Shown one piece after another: positions 46,562 to 54,891 of a stretch of 64,000 nucleotides of DNA. A model generated the notes under the pieces. The model did not search any database, had not been told where the DNA came from, and saw only the letters and a program-made list of their open reading frames with translations. Position 1 is the first letter of the stretch; each line of letters begins with the position of its first letter. This DNA comes from a virus. Location of the stretch: the IMG/VR virus record IMGVR_UViG_3300029049_000006. The stretch is one strand, 5' to 3'. Both the position numbers and the translations under genes were made by a program.

Positions 46562-47317
46562 ATGCACGCCTATTTGCTCTACACACCGGGGGAAATGCTG
46601 GAAGGCGAAGACGAACTTACCGCACTGGGCTACCATGTCCATCCTTTTCTGGGCAATAATGATACGTCCGGCCTCCGGAACAAAGTCAAACACATTCCCA
46701 GCCTGGGGCATTCCGCGTCTTATTTATCAGACGGACTGGGCTACAACTGGTGCGGCCACGTCCATGCGCTCCGCGCCAACTTTGCAACCATGCTGGAAAC
46801 TTATATGGATGCGGACGACCTCACTATATATGGGGAGTCGGACTGCGTGCCCGCATCTTATCCCCCTGTGTCCGCCGACGATATTTCCTGCGTTTGCCGG
46901 GAAGCGGTTTCCCGGCATCCTGAAATCGGCATTATCCGCCTGTACCGCCGCGCCACAACATTTAACGAGCCTACCTGGCGGAACCATGCGCCCCTTGAGA
47001 TTGTCCCGTTGAAAAAGGCGGCCAGAATCTCCAACATCCCTTTTACGAAATATTACTGTCAAACCCACGCCCTGATTATCCGCAGCCACGTCCGCCAAAC
47101 GGTCATCGACGCCATGCGGGATTACTATTTGCCCATTGACGTGCTCATATCTTATTTGTCCCAGATTGGGACCGTCCCCATGTGGCACACCAGCATCAAT
47201 CTAATGCTTCAACGCCCCCACAGTACGGGAAAGAGGCTGGCGGACTGGCAGCGCAAACATTTTGTTCCGGCAGCGGACTATTGGCGTGACAGGCCCGGAC
47301 TGACTGGAAAAAGGTAG
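46562..47317 (+). CDS. hypothetical protein
   Basis: 251 aa ATG ORF. Follows a repeat-rich non-coding region. Confidence 0.45.
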   Translation: MHAYLLYTPGEMLEGEDELTALGYHVHPFLGNNDTSGLRNKVKHIPSLGHSASYLSDGLGYNWCGHVHALRANFATMLETYMDADDLTIYGESDCVPASYPPVSADDISCVCREAVSRHPEIGIIRLYRRATTFNEPTWRNHAPLEIVPLKKAARISNIPFTKYYCQTHALIIRSHVRQTVIDAMRDYYLPIDVLISYLSQIGTVPMWHTSINLMLQRPHSTGKRLADWQRKHFVPAADYWRDRPGLTGKR

Positions 47318-47326
47318 GTGCACAAA

Positions 47327-47343
47327 TTTGCAATGATTGCAAA
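47327..47343. repeat. intergenic palindrome, copy 15
   Basis: Perfect copy. Confidence 0.9.
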
Positions 47344-47363
47344 TTTTCCTTTTCCTCTCTTTT

Positions 47364-47633
47364 TTACTCTTCCCGCCTGTCCCGGTTGCCGGAATCCCCC
47401 AGTAGCGCGTTCCTCATCTGCTGGGTTTTCAAAAACTCTTTCCAGTAGTGCTCATACGGCCTGTTCGGCTGCGATCGGATAATTTCTCTGCAAATCCGCG
47501 CATTTTTCAGCAGGCTTTCCATGCCGGAAATCATTGTGGTGTCTGGATGCTCTTCTGTCATATCTGCGGGAGATTTTAATAAAAAAAGTTCCTTTAAGAG
47601 AGATTTTTTCTCACTTTTTTCTTGCAATTCCAA
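47364..47633 (-). CDS. hypothetical small protein (minus strand)
   Basis: 89 aa ORF in a gap between + genes. Overlaps the promoter-leader of the 47723 gene. Could be spurious. Confidence 0.2.
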   Translation of the reverse strand: MELQEKSEKKSLLKELFLLKSPADMTEEHPDTTMISGMESLLKNARICREIIRSQPNRPYEHYWKEFLKTQQMRNALLGDSGNRDRREE

Positions 47634-47722
47634 TCATTGAATGATAAATTGACTTTGTTGACGGGAGGTAAGGGACCAACCGAAAGCACAAAACAAAAAA
47701 CCGAATTAGAAAGACCAAAACA
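47622..47722 (+). promoter_or_regulatory. sigma70-like promoter + leader
   Basis: TTGCAATTCCAATCATTGAATGATAAATT. Leader GACGGGAGGTAAGGGACC, then ...AGAAAGACCAAAACAATG, the same ending as the 9249 leader. Confidence 0.5.
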
Positions 47723-47980
47723 ATGAACGCCGATAAGACCTACAACGTAAGAGAAATCTTCACCCTGAATTACTACGAAATCGTCGTCGCCGGAGAAGCG
47801 GTGAAAAATTATGATGAAGAGGGAAGGACCTACAACTTTTATTGCCCGGTGCGGGAAGCCCACGGCACGAGACATGGATTTGTCAGCGGCAATGTCTCCG
47901 AAGAGGATAAAGATTTTGATGATGTGAGAACCATCCTCGAAAAAGCGGAAGAATACAACTTGGTTGTAGGTTGGGACTAA
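47723..47980 (+). CDS. small acidic early protein
   Basis: 85 aa after a promoter-leader. Confidence 0.45.
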   Translation: MNADKTYNVREIFTLNYYEIVVAGEAVKNYDEEGRTYNFYCPVREAHGTRHGFVSGNVSEEDKDFDDVRTILEKAEEYNLVVGWD

Positions 47981-48034
47981 AACAGCAAACGCCATTACGC
48001 TGAATAAATCAAAAACTGGAAAGGACAAAAGACA

Positions 48035-48358
48035 ATGAGCGCAGACAAAATCATCATCACGGAAGACGGCGAAGAAATCAACCTGAAGCATCTTGAACGC
48101 GAGTTCGGCAGCTATCAATTTGAGGGCAAGACCTACTATGCCACGCGTCAAATGGAGTTTACCAACCGCGAGTTCCTGGGATGTTTCGAGGAAGCGGAAG
48201 AAGGAGAAGAATATGTCTCCGAATACTCTGCTCCCGGATATGACGAAAACGGAAACCCCGTGGAAATCTTCATGATGTTCACGGAAATAAAAGGCGAAGA
48301 GGTGGACCCGGAAAACCTTAACTGGAGCCAGGACGCCGACCGCGTTGAAGTCCGCTAA
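48035..48358 (+). CDS. acidic hypothetical protein
   Basis: 107 aa, rich in E/D. Confidence 0.45.
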   Translation: MSADKIIITEDGEEINLKHLEREFGSYQFEGKTYYATRQMEFTNREFLGCFEEAEEGEEYVSEYSAPGYDENGNPVEIFMMFTEIKGEEVDPENLNWSQDADRVEVR

Positions 48359-48387
48359 TTATTTTACATCACAAAAACTACTCCGAT

Positions 48388-48963
48388 ATGAACATTCTCA
48401 TTTCCGTCGAAACCTTTGAATCCATCGCCGCTTCCGTTCTGGAAGCCATACGCCCCATTACGGAATGGAGCTACCAGGGAACGCCCCAGTATTACGCTGA
48501 TGACATTTCCTTTTTCGCCTATGATTCCAGATTGGACGATGCCGAGCTTTCCACCGAGGCGGATTCCCTCGCCATCTACTTTGATACGGCAGGCGTGAAG
48601 GAATCTGTTGTTGACCGGATTTACAGCGCTATTGTTGACGAGTTTTCCCGCCGTGGAATCCGTCTAACCCGTTCCGGGGATATTGACGGCGGCAGTCAGG
48701 GACTGTTGTACGATGTCAGCCTCATGGCCGCCCGGAAAGTGCCGAAAACGGTCGGGGAGTTTGTCAGCTGGGTGCAGGCGGATTATCGCCTTCCCGATAA
48801 GCCCGCCGCCGTGAAAAAGGCGGCTGAACTGATGAAAGTAAAAGAAATAACCGTATGGGAATGGATGAAAGGAGCGCGGCAGGTATCTCCCTCCATGCTC
48901 CTGCTTATGGAGTTTATCGCTTCGGTCTATGCCCCGGTGAAGCGTCCCGGTATTTCCGACTGA
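48388..48963 (+). CDS. hypothetical protein
   Basis: 191 aa. Followed by a GC hairpin terminator. Confidence 0.45.
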   Translation: MNILISVETFESIAASVLEAIRPITEWSYQGTPQYYADDISFFAYDSRLDDAELSTEADSLAIYFDTAGVKESVVDRIYSAIVDEFSRRGIRLTRSGDIDGGSQGLLYDVSLMAARKVPKTVGEFVSWVQADYRLPDKPAAVKKAAELMKVKEITVWEWMKGARQVSPSMLLLMEFIASVYAPVKRPGISD

Positions 48964-48976
48964 AACGGAAATAATT

Positions 48977-49020
48977 CAGCCGCCCTCATATCGGGGGCGG
49001 CTGATTAAAGCCTTTTTTTT
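48977..49020. terminator. GC-rich hairpin, possible bidirectional terminator
   Basis: CAGCCGCCC ... GGGCGGCTG stem. T8 on the + strand 9 nt downstream. A/T-rich on the minus side. Sits between convergent genes (48388-48963 on + and 49023-49325 on -). Confidence 0.4.
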
Positions 49021-49022
49021 GC

Positions 49023-49325
49023 TTATCTGGATGCTGCCGCCGCGCCGATGCCCATCAGGACAACGGCAATAAAGTAGATAAGGGCAATGCCGATGTTGAT
49101 GATAAATATTGCCATTATCATGTTGGATATTTTACTGCACACCCGTATCAGCTGGTCAAGTCTGCTGACAAGAAGATAGGTGTCCTGCGGTTGTAGTCTG
49201 ATGTTAGGTTCCATGTCGTTTATGAGTGGGGGGGGTTGAACTGTGGGTTGTCTGTCCGGCAAACGGTTCGCCGGGGTAGCTCTATGTGCTGGCCGGCGGC
49301 GTTGTTTGTCAACCATATTCCACAT
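49023..49325 (-). CDS. putative membrane protein (minus strand)
   Basis: 100 aa. C-terminal TM IMAIFIINIGIALIYFIAVVLMGIGAAAA. Its 3' end abuts the hairpin at 48977-49003. Sits in a gap between + genes. Confidence 0.35.
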   Translation of the reverse strand: MWNMVDKQRRRPAHRATPANRLPDRQPTVQPPPLINDMEPNIRLQPQDTYLLVSRLDQLIRVCSKISNMIMAIFIINIGIALIYFIAVVLMGIGAAAASR

Positions 49326-49387
49326 TTCTTCCCCCGTATCGGCATGTTTTTTCTTTCTTTTCCGCCCGGAAGCCCTATGTTGGCGGC

Positions 49388-49795
49388 ATGATTAGTCTTC
49401 TCGGCATTTTTGATGCTCCGCCGGATTGGAGCAAGGGCACTATTTATTGTATCGGGCAAAAATCCGATAGTTGGAGCAAGCCCGATTCCTACCGCCTTTC
49501 CGACATCCCGGAACAGCACCGGGAAACGCTCGCGTCTATTGTCAAAGGATTCACTATGTTGAGCGACGAGTGGTACTGCACGCAGTTCTGGGCTGCGTTT
49601 TCCTACCGCATGGAAACAGTGGAATCGGAATCCGGGGAACAGGAATCAACGCGCGTTCCCGGCATTGCCATCCGCATGGAGTGCCGGCATAAGGACACAG
49701 GGGCCTTGAGATTGCTGACCCCTAAAGACAATCCGGCCCTGTGGCTCACCGACAGCGCGTCAATGGCATTGTACTCTGCCCTGTGCGACGATTGA
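49388..49795 (+). CDS. hypothetical protein
   Basis: ATG 49388 (MISLLGIFDAPPDW...). Track ORF from 49286. Confidence 0.4.
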   Translation: MISLLGIFDAPPDWSKGTIYCIGQKSDSWSKPDSYRLSDIPEQHRETLASIVKGFTMLSDEWYCTQFWAAFSYRMETVESESGEQESTRVPGIAIRMECRHKDTGALRLLTPKDNPALWLTDSASMALYSALCDD

Positions 49796-49812
49796 TTACG
49801 TCTTTCTGCGAA

Positions 49813-49829
49813 TTTGCAATCATTGCAAA
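49813..49829. repeat. intergenic palindrome, copy 16
   Basis: Perfect copy + T7. Upstream of the sulfation cassette. Confidence 0.9.
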
Positions 49830-49879
49830 TTTTTTTCGCACTCTCATGAGTGCGTGGATTGAAACTGCAACACCAGCCT

Positions 49880-50545
49880 ATGAGCGTTTTTACCTATCCG
49901 GTCGAGGGCCTTCGCCGCGTGCTGATTCCGCAGAAATGCGGCTGGACGCTAGCCTGGGATTCCCTCCCCCGCTGGAACGGTCGGGTGGTGATTGACTCCA
50001 ATGACTACCCCGCGAAAAATCTGGACTGCATGTTTGTCAGGGAGCCGGTGGCCCGGTTCATGTCCGCTTTCCGGAACAAGATAGAGTTCGGGCCGCAGTC
50101 CTACCCCAAAAACGCCAACGGTCAGTTCAACGTCTGGTCCGGCATCCAATGGGTTGCCTGTGTGTGCGGCATCCCCCCGGACCTGGTGCAGAAGCAGGTT
50201 ACTGTGTCCCTGATGCTGGACGTGTTGGAGGACATCATCAAAAAAAAACCGAGGGCGGCGCAATACAACCACGCCGTACTTGACCCGCACTGGTCCCCGC
50301 AGGTCTATCATGTGGCCCCCGGCCATATTCCGGAACTGCTCATTGACCCCCGGAACGATTTTTCCGTCCTGGACAGATTAAAAATTGACTACTCTACGCA
50401 CAATCACAATAATACCAGCCGTTATGGAGGCTACCAGCCTACACCGGAAGAGGTCGCACGCATCAAGGCCCTGTATGCCGAGGATGTAGCACTTTACGCC
50501 AGATACCAGCATGATTACGCCCTTCGCCAGTTACCCGCCCAGTGA
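49880..50545 (+). CDS. sulfotransferase-family protein
   Basis: 5'-PSB-like CMFVREPVARFMSAFRNKI (cf. FVFVRNPWDRLVSAY). C-terminal YGGYQPTPEEVARIKALYAEDVALY resembles the Stf0 / Sulfotransfer_3 tail. ATG 49880 (the track starts at GTG 49850). Confidence 0.55.
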   Translation: MSVFTYPVEGLRRVLIPQKCGWTLAWDSLPRWNGRVVIDSNDYPAKNLDCMFVREPVARFMSAFRNKIEFGPQSYPKNANGQFNVWSGIQWVACVCGIPPDLVQKQVTVSLMLDVLEDIIKKKPRAAQYNHAVLDPHWSPQVYHVAPGHIPELLIDPRNDFSVLDRLKIDYSTHNHNNTSRYGGYQPTPEEVARIKALYAEDVALYARYQHDYALRQLPAQ

Positions 50546-51362
50546 CGCCCCGGAGTTCATCAAATACTCCCACCACCTGATTGACCTCGCCTTGAGAAAA
50601 GCCCGGCGTCCGGCCATCCTCTGTTCCTACGGCAAGGATTCCGGCGTTGTCCTGCATTTGCTCTCCCAGCACGTCGATTTATCCCGCATCGACGTTATTT
50701 ACATTGATTCCACTTTTGAATTCCCGGCGTTTTACAAGCACATTGCCAGGATGAAGGCTTTTTTCGGCATCCGGCACGGCGGCCCTCATGACGTGCGCTG
50801 CCAGAATAACCAGGCCATCCGTTCCGGCATGTCCTACGACAACACCCCGGTGCTCAAGTTGACGCAGACCCTGAAAACCGACGTATTGGTGCAGGTGCTG
50901 AAAGAGCGGAATATTGACTTTCTGTTCACCGGCATCCGGCGCGACGAAGAGGGTTCTCGCGCCAAGGAACGTTATTTTTCCTACCGGGAAGCCGACGGCA
51001 CGTTTGACCCGGTAAGCAACCGCCCCGGATTCTACCCGTTGGATGGGCTGGATGTGCAGTCCCCCGGTTCCGGGCACTATCGCGTCAATATCCTTCTGAG
51101 CTGGTCGGAGCGGGACGTATGGGAGTACACGGAAAAGCACCTGCTTCCTGTCTGCCCGCTGTACCTTGCCAAAAACGGGAAACGCTACCGCTCCCTTGGA
51201 GACGAGCCGGTGACTACTCCGGTGGATTCCGACGCTGACAGTATCGACAAAATCATTAAGGAGCTGTACCATACCAGCGTGCCGGAACGGGCATGCCGGA
51301 AATCACAGGATAATTCCGCGCCGTATGCAATGGAGATGCTGCGGCGCAAGGGATTCTGCTAA
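50511..51362 (+). CDS. cysD: sulfate adenylyltransferase subunit 2-like (CysD/NodP, PAPS-reductase superfamily PP-loop)
   Basis: PP-loop ILCSYGKDSGVVLHLL. LFTGIRRDEEGSRAKERYFSYRE matches the CysD signature GxRRDEEKSRAKERIFSFRD. LSWSERDVWEYTEKHLLPVCPLYL (cf. NWTELDIWQYI..E.IP.VPLYF). Confidence 0.75.
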   Translation: MITPFASYPPSDAPEFIKYSHHLIDLALRKARRPAILCSYGKDSGVVLHLLSQHVDLSRIDVIYIDSTFEFPAFYKHIARMKAFFGIRHGGPHDVRCQNNQAIRSGMSYDNTPVLKLTQTLKTDVLVQVLKERNIDFLFTGIRRDEEGSRAKERYFSYREADGTFDPVSNRPGFYPLDGLDVQSPGSGHYRVNILLSWSERDVWEYTEKHLLPVCPLYLAKNGKRYRSLGDEPVTTPVDSDADSIDKIIKELYHTSVPERACRKSQDNSAPYAMEMLRRKGFC

Positions 51363-51392
51363 CAGTTCCATTTTTTCCTTTCCGCTCTTGCC

Positions 51393-52115
51393 ATGATACC
51401 GGATGACCCGTTCACCCAGCCGGAAAAAAAACCTGAAAAGCCGGGAGGCATCACGCAAATCTGGATAGGCGGAGAAGATAATATACCGCAGGAAATGCGG
51501 GAATGGATGTCCGGGGTGCGGGCCTACTGTAACCGGTTCGACCTTCCGTACCGCTGCTTGAACGGGAGGCAATGCAAGGCCCTGCTGGATGAGTTCGGCA
51601 TCCCGTTCAACCCTACCGGGGGCATCATGAGCCTGACCGACATGGCGCGGGTGTGCGCCCTGAAAAAATGGGGCGGCTGGTATCTGGACACAGACGTAAA
51701 AATCCAGCGTCCGGCAGCCTTCCATGATTACTCGGTTTCCGTCTGCGAACAGGAGCCTTCTACTGTTTTTTACAATGCCATCACCTACGGCTGGATGTAC
51801 AATCACGGAGTGCTTTACGCTTCCGGGGACGATTCCTGTTTGTTTCTGGATGTCATGCTGGATGCGTGCCGGGAGACGTACAGGACAGTCCATGCTTCCG
51901 ATTCCGGGTGGGGGCTGGAAAGCACCGTTCAAAATATAGTGCATCATGACCGCCAATGGGTAGGCTGGCATCGAGGACTGCCAAAGGGCGTTTGCGATTG
52001 CGGCAATCCGTCCAGCATGATTAACCATGTGCTTTATGGGACCTGGTACAATAGCGCACACATGACTCCCGGCATCAAGGACGCGGAAACTTATTCAAGG
52101 GTTTCCGATTTGTAG
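51393..52115 (+). CDS. glycosyltransferase, GT32-like (Gly_transf_sug, DxD)
   Basis: ITQIWIGGEDNIPQE. KKWGGWYLDTDVK. Matches the conserved QIWIG / GGxYxDxD blocks. Confidence 0.55.
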   Translation: MIPDDPFTQPEKKPEKPGGITQIWIGGEDNIPQEMREWMSGVRAYCNRFDLPYRCLNGRQCKALLDEFGIPFNPTGGIMSLTDMARVCALKKWGGWYLDTDVKIQRPAAFHDYSVSVCEQEPSTVFYNAITYGWMYNHGVLYASGDDSCLFLDVMLDACRETYRTVHASDSGWGLESTVQNIVHHDRQWVGWHRGLPKGVCDCGNPSSMINHVLYGTWYNSAHMTPGIKDAETYSRVSDL

Positions 52116-52164
52116 CCCGGAATAATTTTTGCAAAAAAGAAAAAACAATGGTAATACGTAGCGC

Positions 52165-53016
52165 ATGCCACGTGAAAAAATCATCATTGCCGTGTGCGGA
52201 ATCCCTGACACGGGAAAAAGCACCTTTATCGCCAACGCCGCAAAACACCTGAACGGAATGGAGGTCCAACCGGATGCCCTGTGCGTAGAACAGCAGACCG
52301 GGAAAACCATTGCAACCTCATTCATCACCACCTGGGGCGAAGAGTGGCAGCGGGACGGAAAAACCTGCGATTTGGTCTTTGTGGACTGCCCCGGCCATGT
52401 GCAGTTCCTTCCGGAGATTGTCGCGGGCTTGTCTGCGGCCCATGCCTACATTGTCATCCATGACGCTTCCCGCATTGAGGCGAGCCAGGCATATGCCCGG
52501 ATGCTGGAAGATGTCGCAGGCGTGCTTAGCGTGCCTCGGCTCGCCACCCTCTACAGCCATTGCGACAGCACCGGGGAATACTGCTACAACGTAGGTGTTG
52601 ACAACCGGCTTCCGGGAACTGCCGAAAGGGTTATCCGGCGTGCCCTGGCGGGCGGCAAAGATAAGCTGGTCCATCCCACGGCATCCTGGCTTGGCTACAT
52701 CCGGCAGGAGCCGTTCGATACGCCTGATGCCCGGCACAGGGTGTCCGTCATCTGGCTTCCCTGCGCTTCCCGGCTCACTCCGGTTTCCCTTCTCCGGGCG
52801 GAGCTTCCCGACCGAACGGTCGAACTCGGAGAGGCTGGCTCCGTTCTAGACCCCATCCCCAGGGAAAGCGACTTCCAGACCGCCCCATTGATACGGCACA
52901 TTTACCTGCAATTCCCTGTCCGGTATCTGGACCCCGTGCGCTTCCTGATTTGCGACTCGGAGCTGGGAACGGTCGGAGTCGGAACAGTAACCCCGTGGGA
53001 AACCCAAATGTTATGA
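52165..53016 (+). CDS. EF-Tu-like GTPase, CysN/NodQ-like (GTPase domain only)
   Basis: G1 AVCGIPDTGKSTFI (cf. GHVDHGKST). G3 DCPGHVQF. No clear NKxD. 283 aa, shorter than CysN. Confidence 0.45.
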   Translation: MPREKIIIAVCGIPDTGKSTFIANAAKHLNGMEVQPDALCVEQQTGKTIATSFITTWGEEWQRDGKTCDLVFVDCPGHVQFLPEIVAGLSAAHAYIVIHDASRIEASQAYARMLEDVAGVLSVPRLATLYSHCDSTGEYCYNVGVDNRLPGTAERVIRRALAGGKDKLVHPTASWLGYIRQEPFDTPDARHRVSVIWLPCASRLTPVSLLRAELPDRTVELGEAGSVLDPIPRESDFQTAPLIRHIYLQFPVRYLDPVRFLICDSELGTVGVGTVTPWETQML

Positions 53017-53234
53017 GCAACGTAGCCATCCCCTACCGGCCCCACGACTGCCCCGTCTGCGGAAAGAACCTTTGCTACAGCGCCGGAAAGGACGGCTGCT
53101 ATTATTCCTGCCCGGAATGCAGGTATTCCGTCCAGTCCGGTGCGACCCTGCAAGAAGCACAAAGGCATCTTTTCATTTTTACGGCGGCAGTCCTCAAAAA
53201 TCAGAACACGCAACACGACACCATCATCCAATGA
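53013..53234 (+). CDS. small zinc-ribbon protein
   Basis: CPVCGKNLCYSAGKDGCYYSCPEC. ATG 53013 overlapping the upstream stop. Confidence 0.35.
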   Translation: MSNVAIPYRPHDCPVCGKNLCYSAGKDGCYYSCPECRYSVQSGATLQEAQRHLFIFTAAVLKNQNTQHDTIIQ

Positions 53235-53734
53235 TTATTCTTCTCACCGGCGAAAGCGGCGTAGGAAAAACGTCTGTGGCAAAAACCCTGATGAACCGGC
53301 ATCCAGGCATCCTTCTCGACGGCGATGACATGCGGGACGGATTGAACAGCGACCTCGGATTTTCCGACCGGGACATCATGGAGAACATGCGCCGGGCGGC
53401 GCACATAGCCGTACTGCTGCATGACCAGCTTCCGGAAGACCGGCGCACGGTTTACATCACCTGCATTGCCCCGCTGCTGGCCGGAAGGAATCTGGTGCAT
53501 GAGCTGTGCGGTTCCCGGTTGTGGGAGATCCGCATCCAGTATGATTACCGGGCCTCCGACGACGTAAAAGGATTGTACAAGGCGGGAACCCCCATGCGGG
53601 CCTACGAAGAGTACCCCAGCGAAACGTTGCTGCTCCCCCGCCGGATAAACCGCGTATATCGGTACTACAACGATACCGTGTGCGCTCTGGCCGCCAAAAT
53701 AGAAAAGCTGTGGCCCACAGACAAAACCGCTTGA
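53231..53734 (+). CDS. cysC: adenylylsulfate (APS) kinase
   Basis: P-loop LTGESGVGKTSVA. LDGDDMRDGLNSDLGFSDRDIMENMRRAAHIAVLL matches CysC [34 protein letters not shown] (cf. FISP). Confidence 0.8.
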   Translation: MIILLTGESGVGKTSVAKTLMNRHPGILLDGDDMRDGLNSDLGFSDRDIMENMRRAAHIAVLLHDQLPEDRRTVYITCIAPLLAGRNLVHELCGSRLWEIRIQYDYRASDDVKGLYKAGTPMRAYEEYPSETLLLPRRINRVYRYYNDTVCALAAKIEKLWPTDKTA

Positions 53735-53869
53735 CAAAGGCGTATCCGTCCCTGTACATTACCCCTGTTTTGGAGCATTCCTGACAGGATGTTTCTAGGT
53801 TTCTCCCTCCCCTTGGCGCTCTAAGGGGAGGGAGTTTTTTTGCGCTGATGTCCGTATCTTCCGCCCCAA

Positions 53870-53886
53870 TTTGCAATGATTGCAAA
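53870..53886. repeat. intergenic palindrome, copy 17
   Basis: Perfect copy + T7. Downstream of the sulfation cassette and preceded by the GC hairpin GGGGAGGGAG... Confidence 0.9.
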
Positions 53887-53914
53887 TTTTTTTCGGCAAT
53901 CCTGATTTTTTATC

Positions 53915-54011
53915 TTGCAATTTTTAAAAAGAAAGGTATGATGAAGGCATCAAAGGGAGGAAAAAGCGAATCTCCCTTTTAAAGAAAAAACTGAAACATA
54001 CCTGCACTACA
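53915..54011 (+). promoter_or_regulatory. sigma70-like promoter + structured leader
   Basis: TTGCAA-N17-GGTATGATG (weaker -10). Hairpin AAGGGAG...CTCCCTT. Confidence 0.45.
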
Positions 54012-54182
54012 ATGGAAAAAAGCAATAAAAAGTATCAAGTAAAAAACGTTGCGGATTCTTACGCCATTATGGACGCGTCCCAAAAGGTACTGGTCGTATT
54101 TTCCTCTGCCGCTCTGGGCAAGGATAAAGCCAAGGTTCTGGCGAAATCATACTGCGACATGCTGAACACTCTCCTGGATTAG
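54012..54182 (+). CDS. small hypothetical early protein (56 aa)
   Basis: MEKSNKKYQVKNVAD.... Directly after a promoter-leader. Below the track cutoff. Confidence 0.3.
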   Translation: MEKSNKKYQVKNVADSYAIMDASQKVLVVFSSAALGKDKAKVLAKSYCDMLNTLLD

Positions 54183-54249
54183 TAACGTGATTGCCTGCGG
54201 AGGCGCAGTAATAGGCGCCTCCGCTCTTCTCCACTCCCCCCCCTAAAAA

Positions 54250-54891
54250 ATGAAACGTAAGCTTGGTCCGGTAGCGTTCATACTGGAAACGACACGCGCC
54301 TATCAACGGGTGAGAAACACCATTTCCAGCCTATGTCTTGAGGGTACGCCCGTTTACCATAAGCGCAGTAAAAAAGGCTATTGCGTCCTTGCGGGTATTC
54401 CGCGGATAGGAGGAACATTCGACTTGCACCTGTACCGGTATGACACCGAGAAAAAAGGGGAAGAAGTTAAAAGTCTCTACAATATAACCCCGGAGCAATT
54501 TGACCTCTACGGCTACCAGTACGTGGAATTGACCTCTGCAAAATCTCCAACAATAAGTTTTTCCAAGCTGCCTGTCCCCGGAAGGGAAGTGGACCCAGAA
54601 GGAAGGAGTAGATTTGCCTGCACCCGGCTTAAAGAATGGTCCAACCCGTGGTCAGAGTTCAAATGCTACCCCCAGGAAATCTGCTGGATGTATCTGGACG
54701 AGAGCAAAGACCCGGACGATGATACGGAGGTAAGTGTAGGCTATCCGTGGAACGCTACTTCCAGGCATCCTCGTTACCCGTTCCAGAGGATGAAATGGTC
54801 CACTTTTGTCATACAGTACCGTATATTTTATGAATTTCACGGCCTCATAGACGGCCCGCATCCAACCTGTGAATACCCTGTAAACGAATGA
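54250..54891 (+). CDS. hypothetical protein
   Basis: 213 aa ATG ORF. Confidence 0.45.
   Translation: MKRKLGPVAFILETTRAYQRVRNTISSLCLEGTPVYHKRSKKGYCVLAGIPRIGGTFDLHLYRYDTEKKGEEVKSLYNITPEQFDLYGYQYVELTSAKSPTISFSKLPVPGREVDPEGRSRFACTRLKEWSNPWSEFKCYPQEICWMYLDESKDPDDDTEVSVGYPWNATSRHPRYPFQRMKWSTFVIQYRIFYEFHGLIDGPHPTCEYPVNE

Noticed and set aside
49023-49325. Holin assignment for the minus-strand membrane ORF
   Set aside because: It has only one C-terminal TM and there is no adjacent endolysin. Kept as a low-confidence hypothetical membrane protein only.
50511-51362. Calling the PP-loop enzyme a DndC-like or CysH-like PAPS reductase (DNA phosphorothioation)
   Set aside because: The GIRRDEEGSRAKERYFSYRE block and the C-terminal LSWSERDVWEY...PLYL block match the CysD (ATP sulfurylase small subunit) signature. 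The neighbours are a CysN-like GTPase and an APS kinase, which fit sulfate activation rather than DNA sulfur modification.
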